From a virus, in the IMG/VR virus record IMGVR_UViG_3300025276_000001, positions 1-64,000 of that record: 64,000 bases of DNA; one strand, given 5' to 3'. Position numbers and translations under genes: made by a program. The notes below the pieces were generated by a model, which worked only from the letters and a program-made list of their open reading frames with translations, made no database searches and was not told the DNA's origin. Below are positions 55,948-64,000 of the stretch, in pieces (positions within the stretch are counted from its first letter, which is position 1; each line of letters opens with the position of its first letter).

Positions 55948-58900
55948 ATGGCAAAATGTCCCAACGTAAATGCAGCAGAGTACAAAGCACTGCAAGCAGT
56001 TTATAAAACTGAAATTGAAACAAACAGTATTATTAATTCTTGGCAGAACGCTAATGAAAGTGATAATTTTCCAACAGCTGTTCAGGCGGCAAAGTTTGTT
56101 AAAACTACAAAGGCTGTCTATGCACTTAAACAAAAGCAGTTTGGTGAAAGTGTTATCAGTAACTTAGTTAATAAGAAACTAATCCACATGTTTAATGGAA
56201 ACTATCTTGTTAATGTTGCATACCCAGGTACACAAGAATATAATGCGCAAGCTGTCAAGGATAATTTAAAAGCTATATATAAGTATTTAGATATTAATAA
56301 AATTCCTTTAGAGACTATTGACTTTGCTGCAACAGATAAAACATTTAAAGTAACAATGCTTAATAATGTTTTTACACCTAAAGATATATTAGAATCTACA
56401 CGTGGGTGGGATACTTCTAGATCACAAAAGGTTGTAGGCCATCTTAAAAGAATGTTTCCGGGGGTTGAGGTAAGATTAGTATCAGTTAAAGAAGCTAAAA
56501 GAATACATGATGGTTTACCAGCATGGAGAAAAACATCAGGTAGCTTTGCTAATGTAAATTCATTTTACTATGATCAAGTAGCTTATTTAGTTAAAGGAAG
56601 AGTAACAAATGAAACAGCAATAGAAGAGATGCTTCATCCATTCATTGATGCTATTAAGGTAGACAATGAATCTTTATTTAATAACTTACTTGAAGAAGCT
56701 AAAGTAAACTTTCCAGAAATGGTTCAGCAGATTACTGAAGCTTATAATAATAAGAGAAACTTTAATGACTTAGATAGAAACTTAGAAATAGTAACACAAG
56801 CATTAACAAGACATTTTAATAATGAATATGAATCACAACCTACTAATTCTTTTTTAAAGTTAATTCAAGATGCATTAGAATGGTTTAAGAGTGTTATAGA
56901 AAACTTACATGAATATGTTACTGGTAATCCTTTGCCTGTTTCTGCTATAAGTAAGAATGCAACGTTTACTGATATTGCTAAATTATTAAATACAGAAGGT
57001 ATTAGGTTTAAGTTAGAAAAAAGAGCAAGTGCAAAACTTAGATATTCTTTTACTCCAGAAGTACAAAGTATTTTACAAGGTGCACGTTCTGTTGCTAACG
57101 GTATTCAGCTAGAAATACTAAATAAGATGTTTGGTATAGCTGAAAAAGATAGTAGAAATAATGATAGGTTATATGCTAATGCGGCTGAGCCAACTGATGC
57201 AGGTCCTAGAATAGTATTCAATCAAAAGGATCACACTTATATAGATGTCAATAATCCTAATGGTCAGGTGTATGCTTCTGCAACAACTGCAATAAAAGGA
57301 AAACTTAGTAATAAAGAAGGTGAAGCAATCATTAGAAGAGATGAAGCACTACAAGCTTTAAGTGATAAAGGTCAAAAGCCTAATGCTAAATTTACTGAGA
57401 AATATAAAAAAGAAATTGCTAATGGAAAAGCAGATGACATCCAAAAAGAAAAAGATGTTAAGCTTAACCTAGATCTGGGTAATGATGTTGACATGATTGT
57501 TGAGTCAATAGTTAAATTAATGAATGGCTATGAAGGAAACATTAATACTGAATTAGAAAAGGCTATGGATAGCATGGCTGTACTTAGCCGTGATCAAGCA
57601 AGAGAATTTTTTGGTGCAATGAAAGTTGCAATAAGAGACTTTATGCCTATTGATGGAATAGCTCTTTCTCAAGTAGTTGTATATGATGAAGCAACAAAAC
57701 TTGCTGGTACTGCAGATTTAGTTATAATTGATAGGAATGGTAAGATTAGAATATTTGATTTAAAGACTAGTAAGAATTCTATAGAGAAGAAAATTTCATT
57801 ATCTCAAAGTGCAGGTAGAAGAGGTTTAGGAAGTTATGAATTTAGTGAATGGACTTTACCAGCTGATAGTAGGTTAAGAAGTGAGAGTAAAGAAAAGATA
57901 GGTAGAGAAGTAACTAAGTTGAGTACAAAGGGTCAACATAATTTACAAGTAAATCTTTACAGAAGAATGTTTGAGAACATGGGCTTCTCAGTTTATGAAG
58001 GTTCATTTGCAGCATCTACATTTCATGTTCAATTGGATATAGCTAATAAAGGTGAAAAACAAGAGTATAAAGGAACTTGGGATTATGAGGGTAAAGTAGA
58101 TCATTATGAAACTAATATATCTGAAAATAGTGTTTATGTAGACATGCTTATTCCGGCTACTGTTGATAACAGAAACAAGAAAAAACTTGATGCTAAACTT
58201 GCAGAACAACCTGAAGCTCCATATAGAGGAGATCAAGATAAAATGGCTCAAGAAGAAATTGAATCTACTGTTGAGGAAGAAGTAGCACAAGCATTATATC
58301 CAGAAATGAATACAGTATTTGGTGCGTTAGAATCTTATAGTACTGCATTAGATCAAGCACAAAGAGGAGACCTAAATACTAAGAAAGTATATTCTAAACG
58401 TTCTAAAGAACAAAGGTTATTGGACATTGCAAAATTACAAGCATATATTACTAGTGGTATTAGCAGAGGTCCTAAAGCACAATCAAAGATCTATACTGGA
58501 TTATTAAGTAATGCTTTAAAAGACATAAGAGAGTTTACTGATTATGTTACTGATCCTAATAATGTAACAGGTGATCCTGAATACATTGGTTTTGTATTAA
58601 ACTTTAATAGATTCCTTGCAACTTATGAACCTTTATATGCAATAGAAGGGTCTAAGGAATTAAATGCAACACAACAACAGTTGGTGTTAAATTTAAAATT
58701 AGAAGTTGATAAATTAATTGGTGGTACTAGATTAGTCTCAGAAGGTAGAGAGGGTATTATCAATGATGCAATTTTTAATTATGTAAAAGAAACAGTAAGA
58801 CTTAGATCATCTAAACAATTTGGTGTAGAAGGTAGTGGGTTTACTGAAGCTGATTTAATTAAAGAATTAACTATAGTTAATGATATCCCTGGTATTGATT

Positions 58901-61900
58901 TACAAACCAGAGACATGGATACTTCTACAGATACTTTACTTGCTGTAGTAGCTAAGATATACAAATCACAAAAACAACTTTTACTAGACAGGATTCAGTA
59001 TAGAGAAAAAGTAATTAGAACTGCAGGTAATAAAGTATTAATGCTTAGCGGTACTAATAAAGAAAATGCATATAATTATATGCAAAACTTTAATGAGGAT
59101 GGAACACGTAATGGTACTTATGTTAAACCTATTGGTAGTAAGTTTTATGACAAACAAAAAGAACTAAGAGCTGCAACTAGAGATGCTGATAATGTACCAT
59201 ATACTTATTTCAATATAAGTGATAAGAACCAAGCATCTGAAGAAGAGCTGGAATACAATATAGATTTAGCAAATAAAAAAAGAGCTGCATCTCAGTTTGG
59301 ATTTGCTGAAAGAGTTAATGAAAACGGACAAAGAATTGATGGAGAATACTATTCATATAACCAAGAGTTTATTGATGCAAGAAATAAATTTGAATACTTT
59401 GTAAGTAATGATGCATATGAAGGACGTTGGTTTAAAAAACAAAGAGTTGATAGTGTAGAGTTTAATGCTTATGAAGCTAGATACTATAACATTACCAAAT
59501 ATAATCAAGCACTTAGAAATCCTAATGGTGAAGCTACTGGTGTAATCATGCAAGGTGTTGATGGAAGGTTTGTTAAACCGGAGTATAAAGATAAGAATCA
59601 GTTTAGACTAGACAAAGAAGGTAATAGGATAGAAGATTTACGTAGTGATAAATACAAAGCAATATTTGATCCTGCTAAAACTGATGCATTGTCAATAGCA
59701 CAAAGAGAGTTTTATGTTTTATATGTAAAATTCTTTGAAGAAGAGTTGCTTAGAATGTTGCCTGATAACGTTAGGCAATCAATGCTAGGAAAGAACCCTG
59801 TTGTAAAAAGCAATCTTTTAGATGATCTTAAAAATAGACCAAGTATAGTTTCTAGAATGTATGCAAGTAGTGTTAGAGGAGTTAAGAATTTATTCCAAGA
59901 AACTTCTGTACAAAAAGCTGTTCTGCTTGATGAGGTGGGTGACATAACTAATAGTCTACCTATTTTTATGGTAGGAAGCCCAAGGAAAGAAGGGGATATG
60001 GAAGCTGTAGAAGCAAAAATAATAATCCTTGAAGAGAAGTATAAAAAGAATACTGTTAATAGAGAAACTTATAAAAGTCAGTTAGCAGTATTAACTGGTG
60101 AATTAGCAAAAATAAGAAGTAGACCTTTAGCAAGTGAGCTGAGTGGAGATCTAGCAACAAGTTTAATAAAGTTTAGTGCAATGGCAGAGCACTATGAAGT
60201 TATGGGTCAAATAGAAGATACCTTAACTGCAATACAAAGAGTAGTTAATAATAGACAGTATGAACCGTCTGATGTTAATACAAAATTTGTAGGGCGTGGA
60301 CAGAACTTAATAAATAAAGCTAAGAAACAAGTTGACGCAGCTGTTAGTGGTGTTGAACAAAGTGGATCAGTTGGATTTAAAAAAGAAACAAGTGGTGATT
60401 CTAATACTGTAAGAAGATTAAGAAAGTATATGTCAATGGTATACTATGATAATGAATTAATCACAAAAGGTGCAGTAGATAAAATAGCTGATCTTTTAAT
60501 TCAACAATCTTCTCTTGCTTATGTAGCCTTTAATCCTTTTGGTAACTTTAATAACTACCTTATGGGTAGGATTAACAACAACATTGAGATGTTGGGTGGT
60601 AGATTCTTTAGTAAGAAAAACTTTCTTAGAGCGGGTGGTGAGTGGAATAAGCAAGCTATAACCGGCCTTGTTGAAAGAACTGGTTCTGGACTTAGAGATT
60701 TAGCTGATGTATCCACTGCAGGTCTAGCAGGTATTGGTAAGTCTAATTATGATCCTGACTTTGCAAATAATAAGTATGAAGCATTCACACAGCTTCTAAG
60801 AATGATGGATGATTCTACAGACATACGTGAATCTGGTAAAGACTCAGATGGTAAAAGCATATGGGAAAGGTTTAAAGAATGGGGTTATGTAATGCAAGAT
60901 GCTGCAGAGTACAATGTACAAAGTAGAGTAGGTATTGCTATGATCATGGATACTAATTTAATAGATGAAGCAACAGGAGAAACATTATCTATGTATGATG
61001 CATTTAACTTTAATGCTAAAACTAAAGAGTTAGATTTAGAAAGTGGTAAATGGTCAGTATTAAACAAAGACGGATCTACTCAAGAATACAATGATGCATT
61101 CAGATATGACTTAAGAAATAAAATTAGAGAAGTCAACAAACAAATTCATGGTAACTACGCTGCAGAAGATAGAATGGTTATTCAATCACATACGCTTGGT
61201 AATTTAGCTGCTCAGTTTCATAAGTGGGTTGCTCCGGCAATTAGAGCTAGATTCCAAACAGAATACTTTGATGAAAATCTTGGATGGATGGAAGGTAGAT
61301 ATAAATCTTGGTTTAAGTTTTTGGCTTTCTATTTTAAGAATGTAGTAGAAGCTAAGGGTAACATGAAAGAACTTACTGAAACCTTCTTAAAAGAACAAGA
61401 CGGTTATGATGGTAAAGGTGGTCAAGCGGATCAAAAGGGTAAAAATAGACTTTTTGGATTCTATAGAACAATGGGTGAGATGTCTATTATAGCTGGAGTA
61501 TTTTTAACTAATCAACTTTTAGCAGGTTTATTAGAAGGAGATGATGATGATAGTGATACTGAAAAAAGAATTAAAAACTTAACTAAGTATCAAGGAGATA
61601 GACTGTATAAGGAATTAGTATTATTTGCTGTTGTTTTACCAGCATCAATGGAACAGATATTTCAAATGGCTAAGTCACCAATTGCTACTACAAGAACAAT
61701 GGGTGAATTAGGTCAAGCTTTAAGTATGACAATATGGACACCATATGAATTAATTACAAAAGGTAAAGAAGGTTATGAGGCAAACTCAGAATACGTATAT
61801 CAAAACAATCCTAATAAAGGACAGTGGAAACTAGGGAAAGAATGGAAAGATGTTATTCCAATTCTATATACTATACAGAAATGGAAGAATGCTCTTAAAC

Positions 61901-61923
61901 TAGATAAGTTCTGGATTAAATAA
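55948..61923 (+). CDS. Large cargo protein (1991 aa) with degenerate zincin-like and PD-(D/E)XK nuclease-like domains
   Basis: IEEMLHPF (HExxH lacking the first His); FNQKDHTY..SATT..GNDVD..LAGTADLVII..IFDLKT..QVNLY nuclease motifs (about 57200-58000); position after RNAP as in crAss-like phages. Confidence 0.75.
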   Translation: MAKCPNVNAAEYKALQAVYKTEIETNSIINSWQNANESDNFPTAVQAAKFVKTTKAVYALKQKQFGESVISNLVNKKLIHMFNGNYLVNVAYPGTQEYNAQAVKDNLKAIYKYLDINKIPLETIDFAATDKTFKVTMLNNVFTPKDILESTRGWDTSRSQKVVGHLKRMFPGVEVRLVSVKEAKRIHDGLPAWRKTSGSFANVNSFYYDQVAYLVKGRVTNETAIEEMLHPFIDAIKVDNESLFNNLLEEAKVNFPEMVQQITEAYNNKRNFNDLDRNLEIVTQALTRHFNNEYESQPTNSFLKLIQDALEWFKSVIENLHEYVTGNPLPVSAISKNATFTDIAKLLNTEGIRFKLEKRASAKLRYSFTPEVQSILQGARSVANGIQLEILNKMFGIAEKDSRNNDRLYANAAEPTDAGPRIVFNQKDHTYIDVNNPNGQVYASATTAIKGKLSNKEGEAIIRRDEALQALSDKGQKPNAKFTEKYKKEIANGKADDIQKEKDVKLNLDLGNDVDMIVESIVKLMNGYEGNINTELEKAMDSMAVLSRDQAREFFGAMKVAIRDFMPIDGIALSQVVVYDEATKLAGTADLVIIDRNGKIRIFDLKTSKNSIEKKISLSQSAGRRGLGSYEFSEWTLPADSRLRSESKEKIGREVTKLSTKGQHNLQVNLYRRMFENMGFSVYEGSFAASTFHVQLDIANKGEKQEYKGTWDYEGKVDHYETNISENSVYVDMLIPATVDNRNKKKLDAKLAEQPEAPYRGDQDKMAQEEIESTVEEEVAQALYPEMNTVFGALESYSTALDQAQRGDLNTKKVYSKRSKEQRLLDIAKLQAYITSGISRGPKAQSKIYTGLLSNALKDIREFTDYVTDPNNVTGDPEYIGFVLNFNRFLATYEPLYAIEGSKELNATQQQLVLNLKLEVDKLIGGTRLVSEGREGIINDAIFNYVKETVRLRSSKQFGVEGSGFTEADLIKELTIVNDIPGIDLQTRDMDTSTDTLLAVVAKIYKSQKQLLLDRIQYREKVIRTAGNKVLMLSGTNKENAYNYMQNFNEDGTRNGTYVKPIGSKFYDKQKELRAATRDADNVPYTYFNISDKNQASEEELEYNIDLANKKRAASQFGFAERVNENGQRIDGEYYSYNQEFIDARNKFEYFVSNDAYEGRWFKKQRVDSVEFNAYEARYYNITKYNQALRNPNGEATGVIMQGVDGRFVKPEYKDKNQFRLDKEGNRIEDLRSDKYKAIFDPAKTDALSIAQREFYVLYVKFFEEELLRMLPDNVRQSMLGKNPVVKSNLLDDLKNRPSIVSRMYASSVRGVKNLFQETSVQKAVLLDEVGDITNSLPIFMVGSPRKEGDMEAVEAKIIILEEKYKKNTVNRETYKSQLAVLTGELAKIRSRPLASELSGDLATSLIKFSAMAEHYEVMGQIEDTLTAIQRVVNNRQYEPSDVNTKFVGRGQNLINKAKKQVDAAVSGVEQSGSVGFKKETSGDSNTVRRLRKYMSMVYYDNELITKGAVDKIADLLIQQSSLAYVAFNPFGNFNNYLMGRINNNIEMLGGRFFSKKNFLRAGGEWNKQAITGLVERTGSGLRDLADVSTAGLAGIGKSNYDPDFANNKYEAFTQLLRMMDDSTDIRESGKDSDGKSIWERFKEWGYVMQDAAEYNVQSRVGIAMIMDTNLIDEATGETLSMYDAFNFNAKTKELDLESGKWSVLNKDGSTQEYNDAFRYDLRNKIREVNKQIHGNYAAEDRMVIQSHTLGNLAAQFHKWVAPAIRARFQTEYFDENLGWMEGRYKSWFKFLAFYFKNVVEAKGNMKELTETFLKEQDGYDGKGGQADQKGKNRLFGFYRTMGEMSIIAGVFLTNQLLAGLLEGDDDDSDTEKRIKNLTKYQGDRLYKELVLFAVVLPASMEQIFQMAKSPIATTRTMGELGQALSMTIWTPYELITKGKEGYEANSEYVYQNNPNKGQWKLGKEWKDVIPILYTIQKWKNALKLDKFWIK

Positions 61924-62023
61924 TTTAGACAAATTTACATAGAAAAATCTTCTAAGTTTAAATAAGAATGACTATATTATTGTATAAACCTACAGTAGTA
62001 TAGTCATAACTTAATACTTGTAT

Positions 62024-63238
62024 ATGAAAAAAATTATTGTCTTTTTACTTTTATCATTATTTATAACAAGTAATGTATCTGCACAAGGAAAGTTCTTTAG
62101 TGGTTTATATAAGGACTTTTTAAAATACGGTACCGTATACGGTGCTGGAGATATTTCTAATTCCATTGAAGCTGCAGAGCCCACTTACTTTGTAAGAACA
62201 GGCCAAGACGGCAGTCTATATTCCATTCCTGTTGTGGTTGATAATACTCCTAATTATCCCTTTGATTATAGATACGGAATTGGTATTAGAAAGTTAGCTA
62301 GATTTAGTTATGAAAGAAAGCCTAAAAACTTTTATGACGGAACAGAAAATCAGCTAGCATTTTCAGCACCAACATCTGCTTTCAAAGGTTTAGAATATCA
62401 AATACATTTTGAGAAGGAGAGATGGAGAGGGGAGAATTTTACAAACCACCATTTATTTGTAAAGCACACTGGTAAATATCATATTTTTAAAGTTCAAAGT
62501 AGAGAGGTAGATAAAATCAATTTAGAATTCTTTTCAATTGAAGCTAGAGCTAGGTTACCACTTGGTGAGAAGTTTTCAATATCAGCAGGAGTTATAGCAC
62601 GTGGACACGAAAGAGCATATGGTTATAACCCAATAGAGATATGGTTAAATGAAACTACAGAATATATAAACCCAGATGGTACAACTGAGGAGTTTCCAAC
62701 TAACCCTTGGTATACTTTAGGATTCTTATATGGTTATTCTGATCACTTCACAACTTCTACTGATGCTGCTACAGGAGAAGAAACTCAAGACTGGATTTGG
62801 AAAGATGCTGATGGAAACATAGTAGCACATACTGATTTAGAGTTTAGAGAAAATATATTTACTGACTTAATGAATAGGTACAATGGAGAACAATGGGAGC
62901 TCTTAGATCCTTGGGTAGAGATTGCTCCTATTATAGGTGCTGATTTTTATCATTATAAAGGTAACTTTTGGTTACATGCATATGCTAATTATATATTACC
63001 AATGCACAGATATATAAAAGGTGATGAAGACTTTTCATACCTAAACAGAAACAACTACGGTGCAGGAGGTTTAAATCCAGAGTCTGAATTAGAACAATGG
63101 AATGATTATTCTGCTGGACTTAGTTTTGGATTTAAAGTAAATAAAAGCTTAGGGGTTTTTGTACAGGGAGAATACTCTAAGATGTGGGATAGTGAATTAT
63201 ATCAGACTACATTTGGTCTTAATTATACATTTAGATAG
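62024..63238 (+). CDS. Putative outer-membrane beta-barrel protein with Sec signal peptide
   Basis: MKKIIVFLLLSLFITSNVSA|Q signal peptide; aromatic-rich amphipathic strands; C-terminal TTFGLNYTF(R) resembles a BAM beta-signal. Confidence 0.75.
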   Translation: MKKIIVFLLLSLFITSNVSAQGKFFSGLYKDFLKYGTVYGAGDISNSIEAAEPTYFVRTGQDGSLYSIPVVVDNTPNYPFDYRYGIGIRKLARFSYERKPKNFYDGTENQLAFSAPTSAFKGLEYQIHFEKERWRGENFTNHHLFVKHTGKYHIFKVQSREVDKINLEFFSIEARARLPLGEKFSISAGVIARGHERAYGYNPIEIWLNETTEYINPDGTTEEFPTNPWYTLGFLYGYSDHFTTSTDAATGEETQDWIWKDADGNIVAHTDLEFRENIFTDLMNRYNGEQWELLDPWVEIAPIIGADFYHYKGNFWLHAYANYILPMHRYIKGDEDFSYLNRNNYGAGGLNPESELEQWNDYSAGLSFGFKVNKSLGVFVQGEYSKMWDSELYQTTFGLNYTFR

Positions 63239-63240
63239 AT

Positions 63241-63954
63241 ATGAGAACGTTAATTATTTTTATGATAGTATTATTAAGTAGTTGTTCTACTTATAAAGTA
63301 AGTACAATGGGTCACGATCCAGAATACAGTCTTAATCTACCTGATAATATAACGATTGATACCCTTAACTATAGACAATTACAGTGGAAGCTTAGAACAG
63401 ACTTTAACTTTAGATATGATTTTGCAGTCTATGCAATGAATCAGCCATTTAATTATAGGTTTGGTAGATACAATAGATTTGGTATGTTTAATCCTCAATA
63501 TAGTAGCACACAGTATTGGATGAATTGGGCATTTGGAAATACTAATTTTAATATGTGGGACAACTGGGGTTACCCATATAGTAATAACTATGTATGGAAT
63601 GGATGGAGTAATGGATATGGATATAATGCATGGCACCAATTTGGTGGAATTTATGGTAGAAGAATGTCTATACAAGATAGGCGAGGTATAGCTGCTATGG
63701 GAAATTCAAGAATATCTAGAGAAACGACTGCTGTTATTCATGGTAATAACAATACTAGAGTGAGAGTAAAAAGAACTAATGTTAAACCAAAAGTAGTAAT
63801 TAGAAACAAACCTATAAAAGTATATAAGCCTATACCTTTTAGAAATAATTCAATTCCAATTAACAATACTAGAAGTAATAGAGTAGTACGTAACAACAAT
63901 AATAATAGTACAGTAATTAAAACAGTAAGTAGGAACCCTACTAAAAATCAATAA
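63241..63954 (+). CDS. Putative lipoprotein with W/Y/N/G-rich middle and R/N-rich low-complexity tail
   Basis: MRTLIIFMIVLLSS-C lipobox (Cys15); starts 2 nt after the barrel gene. Confidence 0.75.
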   Translation: MRTLIIFMIVLLSSCSTYKVSTMGHDPEYSLNLPDNITIDTLNYRQLQWKLRTDFNFRYDFAVYAMNQPFNYRFGRYNRFGMFNPQYSSTQYWMNWAFGNTNFNMWDNWGYPYSNNYVWNGWSNGYGYNAWHQFGGIYGRRMSIQDRRGIAAMGNSRISRETTAVIHGNNNTRVRVKRTNVKPKVVIRNKPIKVYKPIPFRNNSIPINNTRSNRVVRNNNNNSTVIKTVSRNPTKNQ

Positions 63955-63959
63955 TAATA

Positions 63960-64000
63960 ATGGCCCAGGAGATAGGAGAAGGAACTAAAGTAACTTTAGA
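63960..64000 (+). CDS. Start of next gene (MAQEIGEGTKVTL...), truncated by window end
   Basis: ATG at 63960 after an A-rich spacer; frame is open to the end of the window. Confidence 0.5.
   Translation, partial: MAQEIGEGTKVTL

Larger units (their letters stand above)
1..64000 (+). other. Segment of a crAss-like (Crassvirales-type) bacteriophage genome: virion structural and cargo/vRNAP module
   Basis: All long ORFs are on the + strand and densely packed. The order capsid - ring - auxiliary capsid - fibres - IHF-like - ring proteins - muzzle - giant cargo proteins with a DFDID RNAP motif matches crAss-like phage organisation. No integrase or host housekeeping genes are seen. Confidence 0.9.

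Noticed and set aside
1425-63675. Numerous short minus-strand and alternate-frame ORFs in the ORF track
   Set aside because: All lie antisense to or inside long + strand genes and look like shadow ORFs of biased codon usage, with no motifs or start context.
1-64000. Stop-codon reassignment (TAG/TGA recoding known in some crAss-like phages)
   Set aside because: The standard code already gives near-complete coding density with ORFs up to 4755 aa. The four TAG stops (747, 35423, 38179, 63238) are followed shortly by other in-frame stops, so read-through adds nothing.

Overview
This window is a single-strand-coded (+), AT-rich 64 kb segment of a crAss-like (Crassvirales-type, podovirus) phage, most likely infecting an environmental Bacteroidota/Flavobacteriia host. 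Host evidence: no Shine-Dalgarno sites, A-rich translation starts, and TAnnTTTG promoter elements. It covers the virion module in crAss order: end of the major capsid gene, conserved post-capsid genes and ring/auxiliary capsid proteins, Cys-rich hub-like proteins, two long tail fibres (one with a peptidase S74 chaperone), vWA/FN3 proteins, a metallophosphoesterase, an IHF-like protein, two ring/tail-tube proteins, and a 2100-aa muzzle/tail-stabilisation protein. Next come the ejected cargo genes, including a 4755-aa protein with a zincin domain and the DFDID virion RNA polymerase and a 1991-aa protein with a PD-(D/E)XK nuclease domain. The window ends with a phage-encoded outer-membrane beta-barrel plus lipoprotein pair. 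The most notable observations are: (1) three consecutive cargo genes built like beads on a string, with about 20 [AYMF]-[QKER]-x-G-[GKT] motifs at module boundaries (a candidate GG-polyprotein or cargo-loading system); (2) a multi-enzyme peptidoglycan-attacking cargo protein; (3) strong depletion of the trinucleotide CGA/TCG that breaks down in the last two genes; (4) vWA domains grafted into tail proteins; (5) a recurrent TTTGTATATTA upstream motif. All family assignments come from motif recognition and synteny by eye; no database search was run.
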